From the NCBI GenBank assembly GCA_964019335.1, contig OZ025738.1, forward strand, positions 186,001 through 250,000: 64,000 bases of DNA. Reading direction: 5' to 3'. Under the pieces are notes generated by a model. That model saw only the letters and a program-made list of their open reading frames with translations. It was not told where the DNA came from and made no database searches. Shown here in pieces: positions 60,740 to 64,000 of the stretch (positions within the stretch are counted from its first letter, which is position 1; every line of letters starts with the position of its first letter). This DNA is from Diplonema japonicum. Taxonomy: Eukaryota > Protista > Euglenozoa: Diplonemea. The position numbers and the translations under genes were made by a program.

Positions 60740-61672
60740 CTAATTCTGTATACTTACCCTCTCTGGCACCCAGATCTTTAAGAGCTTGTTAAACGTATCA
60801 GTGCTTCCTTTCGCAATGGTCTTTAGGTTTTTGCAGTCAGACAAGAAGTAATCACCAATGAAAGAAACATTAGTCATTGAACTCAAGTCGATGGTTACTA
60901 GATTGCCACACCCATACAAGAAGCGATTACCAATAGAAGATAAATTGGACATCGCATTCAAGTTGATGGTTTCTAGTTTGTCGCACCCATACAAGAAGCT
61001 ATTACCAATGAAAGAAATATTGGTCATAGAACTCAAGTCGAGGGTTTCTAGATTGCTGCAGCAATACAAGAATTCATCACCAATGGAATTAAGATTGGTC
61101 ATTGAACTCAAGTTGATGGTTTCTAGTCCATTGCACCCTCCTAAAAAGAAACGACGGGTGGCAGAAACATTGGGGAGGATGAGTTCAACAGACGTCAGGT
61201 GGTCGCAATACTGAAGAAACGCAGCGTCTATACTTGTAACACAGCCTGTGGAGTCGGTGACAACGAGGGAGCGAAGTCCAGAAGGAAGGTCTTTCCAGCT
61301 CATGGACAAGACATCGACAGCTGGAGAGTCCCCCACCTCCACCACAAGAACCAGCTCAGGGTCAGCTGACACAAGACCCTCAAGCTCAGAAACCACTCCT
61401 GAGTTCTTGTCCTTCAACTCCTCCAGACGAACGGTTCTTCTCCTGTCCGCCTCCACACGGACCACGGAGCCCTCCACGAGCCCAACTTCCTGAAGCTCTT
61501 CACCGCCGTTCCTGTCAAGGACCTCACCCTCCCAAACCAGTTTGAACCTGCCTTCGAGTAAACCAGCAGCACACCCCGCCTTCTTGTACAGGCTCCCCAC
61601 CGTCTCCTTCCCCGACACTTCCACATCGTGAACCCCGCCTCCCGTCTTCACGAACACTGTCATATCGGTCAT
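60740..61672 (-). CDS. Ubiquitin-like + LRR protein, 310 aa
   Basis: Intact ORF, same family. Confidence 0.9.
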   Translation of the reverse strand: MTDMTVFVKTGGGVHDVEVSGKETVGSLYKKAGCAAGLLEGRFKLVWEGEVLDRNGGEELQEVGLVEGSVVRVEADRRRTVRLEELKDKNSGVVSELEGLVSADPELVLVVEVGDSPAVDVLSMSWKDLPSGLRSLVVTDSTGCVTSIDAAFLQYCDHLTSVELILPNVSATRRFFLGGCNGLETINLSSMTNLNSIGDEFLYCCSNLETLDLSSMTNISFIGNSFLYGCDKLETINLNAMSNLSSIGNRFLYGCGNLVTIDLSSMTNVSFIGDYFLSDCKNLKTIAKGSTDTFNKLLKIWVPERVSIQN

Positions 61673-61994
61673 TCTTTGGTTGCGTTTCTGTTCTGTTAAA
61701 GGTGATTTTCGATGCTCAAGGGGATAAATAAAAGGGGAAATAAAATAAAGAAATGAGTTTAAGAAGGTCTTTGTGAGACGCCTTCCTTCTTCTCACCTGT
61801 CCCCGTTCAGCAGCGATTTCTCCTTCTTCGGTGGTCGCGTTTGTTCCCTTCTTTCCTTTGCCCACTGCTTCCGTTGATGCAGATATTGCTCTTCTACCCC
61901 ACCCGCCGGTTTCTTCGACGATGTTGAAGAGCTGCGCCCACAACGGTGTTCTGCCACGTCCCGTGCCGGCAGCGTTCCCTGAAAAAAAAAAAAA

Positions 61995-64000
61995 AGGCGA
62001 TGTTTAAGGGCAAATCCCACTCGAGGACCACCCTTAGGGGGGGTGGGGGTCTATCTCTTGATGCTTCCTTTTTGGAGCCTCGCTTTCGTTCCGATGGCGG
62101 ATACCAGTGTCTTTCGCAGACGGTTGATGCGGTCCTTCTTCAGGTTGGTCTTCAGCTCTCTTAGCCTGTCCTGGGTTTCTCGTGAGGCGAAGATCGGTCT
62201 CCTTGCAAAGCCTATCGCCGCCTTCCCTCCTATTGCCATGAGGGACTTCACTCTCGTTTTGTTCTTCGCCGGGAAAGGCCTTTTCCTTCCTTGTAATGCG
62301 CACCTGTCGTTCACCTTTTGGATCAGTTTCTTGATCCTTCGCGCCTTTTCATCCTGCGTCATTCCCAGCGATCTTCGTGTCGTCGCTTCGAAGTCTAGGG
62401 CTAACTCCACCGCCGTCACCTCCGACGTCGTGTCTTCTTTAACCCATCTTAGCTCCGACATCCATTTCAACAGCGACTCCGCGTACATCCGCAGTATCCC
62501 ACTTGTCGTCCCGAGCTGTTCCAACGTCGGCGTCAAGTGCTTTACTCCTACCACTTTCCGTTCCCACGGCAGTTCTCCTCCAAAATCCTCCACTTGGATC
62601 AGTTCTTCATCACGTTTTGCTACTATCATCGCCAGGTACCTCTGCAACCTCTCCAGGTGTGCAAATCCGTGCCCCCTCGGCAAGATCCCGTGCAGTTCCA
62701 GGCAGAGAGGCCAGCCCGACCTGTCGCGTAGCGGTTCCAACCCGTCCCTCGCCAGCTCTTCCAGCGCAAGTGGGCATTCGTACAGCTGGTGCCGTAGCAG
62801 CGTCACTGTGTTCTGGTGTACTGCTGTGCATATGTCGCATCTATAATTCTGAGGAAGCATTGTCTCTCCGGGTGGTCTCCCGTCCTCTCTTTTCAAGTCA
62901 TCATTGTCCGGTTCCTCTTCCTCACTTGCCGGGTCGAGCGGAACGGTTTTCGGTCCCGCACTGGCGTGTGGGCTTATGTAGGGGACTGCTCCTGCTATGA
63001 TCCTCCTGATCTGGTAGGCTACCACCGGATCCCTCTCCTCCTTCCACAGCCTATTCGTTTCAGGGTCAGCCCCAGCCTCGAGTCCTCGTACCGTGCTCCT
63101 TTCCTTCGTGAGGTCCCTGCACCGGGCCTTCCTCACAGCTTCCCTGAAGACGTGTCCTCTTTCTGGCCATCCCATGTTCTTGCAGTCCGTCAATCGGCTC
63201 CAGCTCCATCCGATGTACGGCAGCCATCTTTTCATCAGATTCCCAACCGGACCTCTTGGCGCCCCCCCTTCCACGTAGCGTTCTGCTATTTTCTGCAACC
63301 TTTGTCGCAGTCCTTCCTTTTCCATGCCCTCGGATATCATTTTGAGGGACCGGTACGCCACTAATGAGGTAGGGTCGTTGGAGTTCTGAAGGCGCCATCT
63401 ATCCCTGCCTGCAGAATCGAGCGGAGCTTCGCCAGGAGGTATGCATCGTCCGCGTAGGCTACAACGTCCACCCCCGCTGCCTCCATCGTCTTGATCATCA
63501 CAGAAAGCAGCGCGTTGATGATGATCACCGACAATGGGCAGCCCTGGAGGATGCCGTTGGTTGCCTCGAACGGGTCGCCCACTCCAATCGGGAACTTAAA
63601 CCTCCTTGAAATCTGGTTGTACATCCCTTGGAGTGCTCTCCTTATTGGTTCTGCCAGGCCCATTGCACTCATCAGGTCCAGTGATAGTCTCTGCGGTACC
63701 ATGTCGAAGCACTTGCTGAAGTCAAGGGCTATTCCTTGGAGTGGTTCTCCCTCGACTAGTGCTAGTTCCAACTTTGTACAGAGTTCCATCAGAGCTGAAG
63801 TCGTGCTGTGCTTAGGCCTGAATCCGTGCTGATTTGGCGTGATCCACCGCTCTTGCCAGCCTAGCACCTGCTTCAGTCTCGCGCTTGCCCACAGCCGGTA
63901 GATGGTGCTGGTCACCGTGATTGGCCGGTGGTTTAGGGGTGCCGACCCCTCCCCTTTCGGTGTGAGCGTTACCAGGGCTGTTGTGATCTGCTCCGGCCAT
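61995..64000 (-). mobile_element. Non-LTR (LINE) retrotransposon: RT plus C-terminal CCHC region, running off the window
   Basis: RPIT..STIYRLW, QHGFR, LDFSKCFD, GILQGCPLS and AYADD; CDIC...HQLYEC; break/deletion near 63361. Confidence 0.9.

Overview
Repeat-rich, intron-containing eukaryotic (protist) DNA. Every recognisable host gene lies on the minus strand. That co-orientation, candidate polypyrimidine/AG acceptors upstream of genes and a VIPER/TATE-like element suggest a euglenozoan, possibly a diplonemid; this is an inference. Host genes: (i) two spliced paralogues encoding an R-S-E type ADP-ribosyltransferase fused to long ankyrin arrays; (ii) a family of ubiquitin-like + LRR genes (5 apparently intact, others broken); (iii) a ~2,400-aa, 4-exon polycystin-1-like receptor with Cys-rich and mucin ectodomains and an internal C2 domain; (iv) a small multi-TM protein. 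The rest is a patchwork of mobile DNA: two divergent Penelope-like (PLE) retroelement families with Josephin-like domains and SUMO-interaction-like motifs, several LINE subfamilies, a PHD + tyrosine-recombinase element, a pogo-type DDE transposase, a tRNA-derived element and a hammerhead-like remnant. Most notable: both PLE families carry, ~90-110 nt from their 3' ends, the same ~75-nt covarying three-way-junction/pseudoknot RNA motif that I cannot match to a known ribozyme, and it is spread through the window in short retrocopies. No database searches or folding programs were run; all homology and structure calls are by eye.
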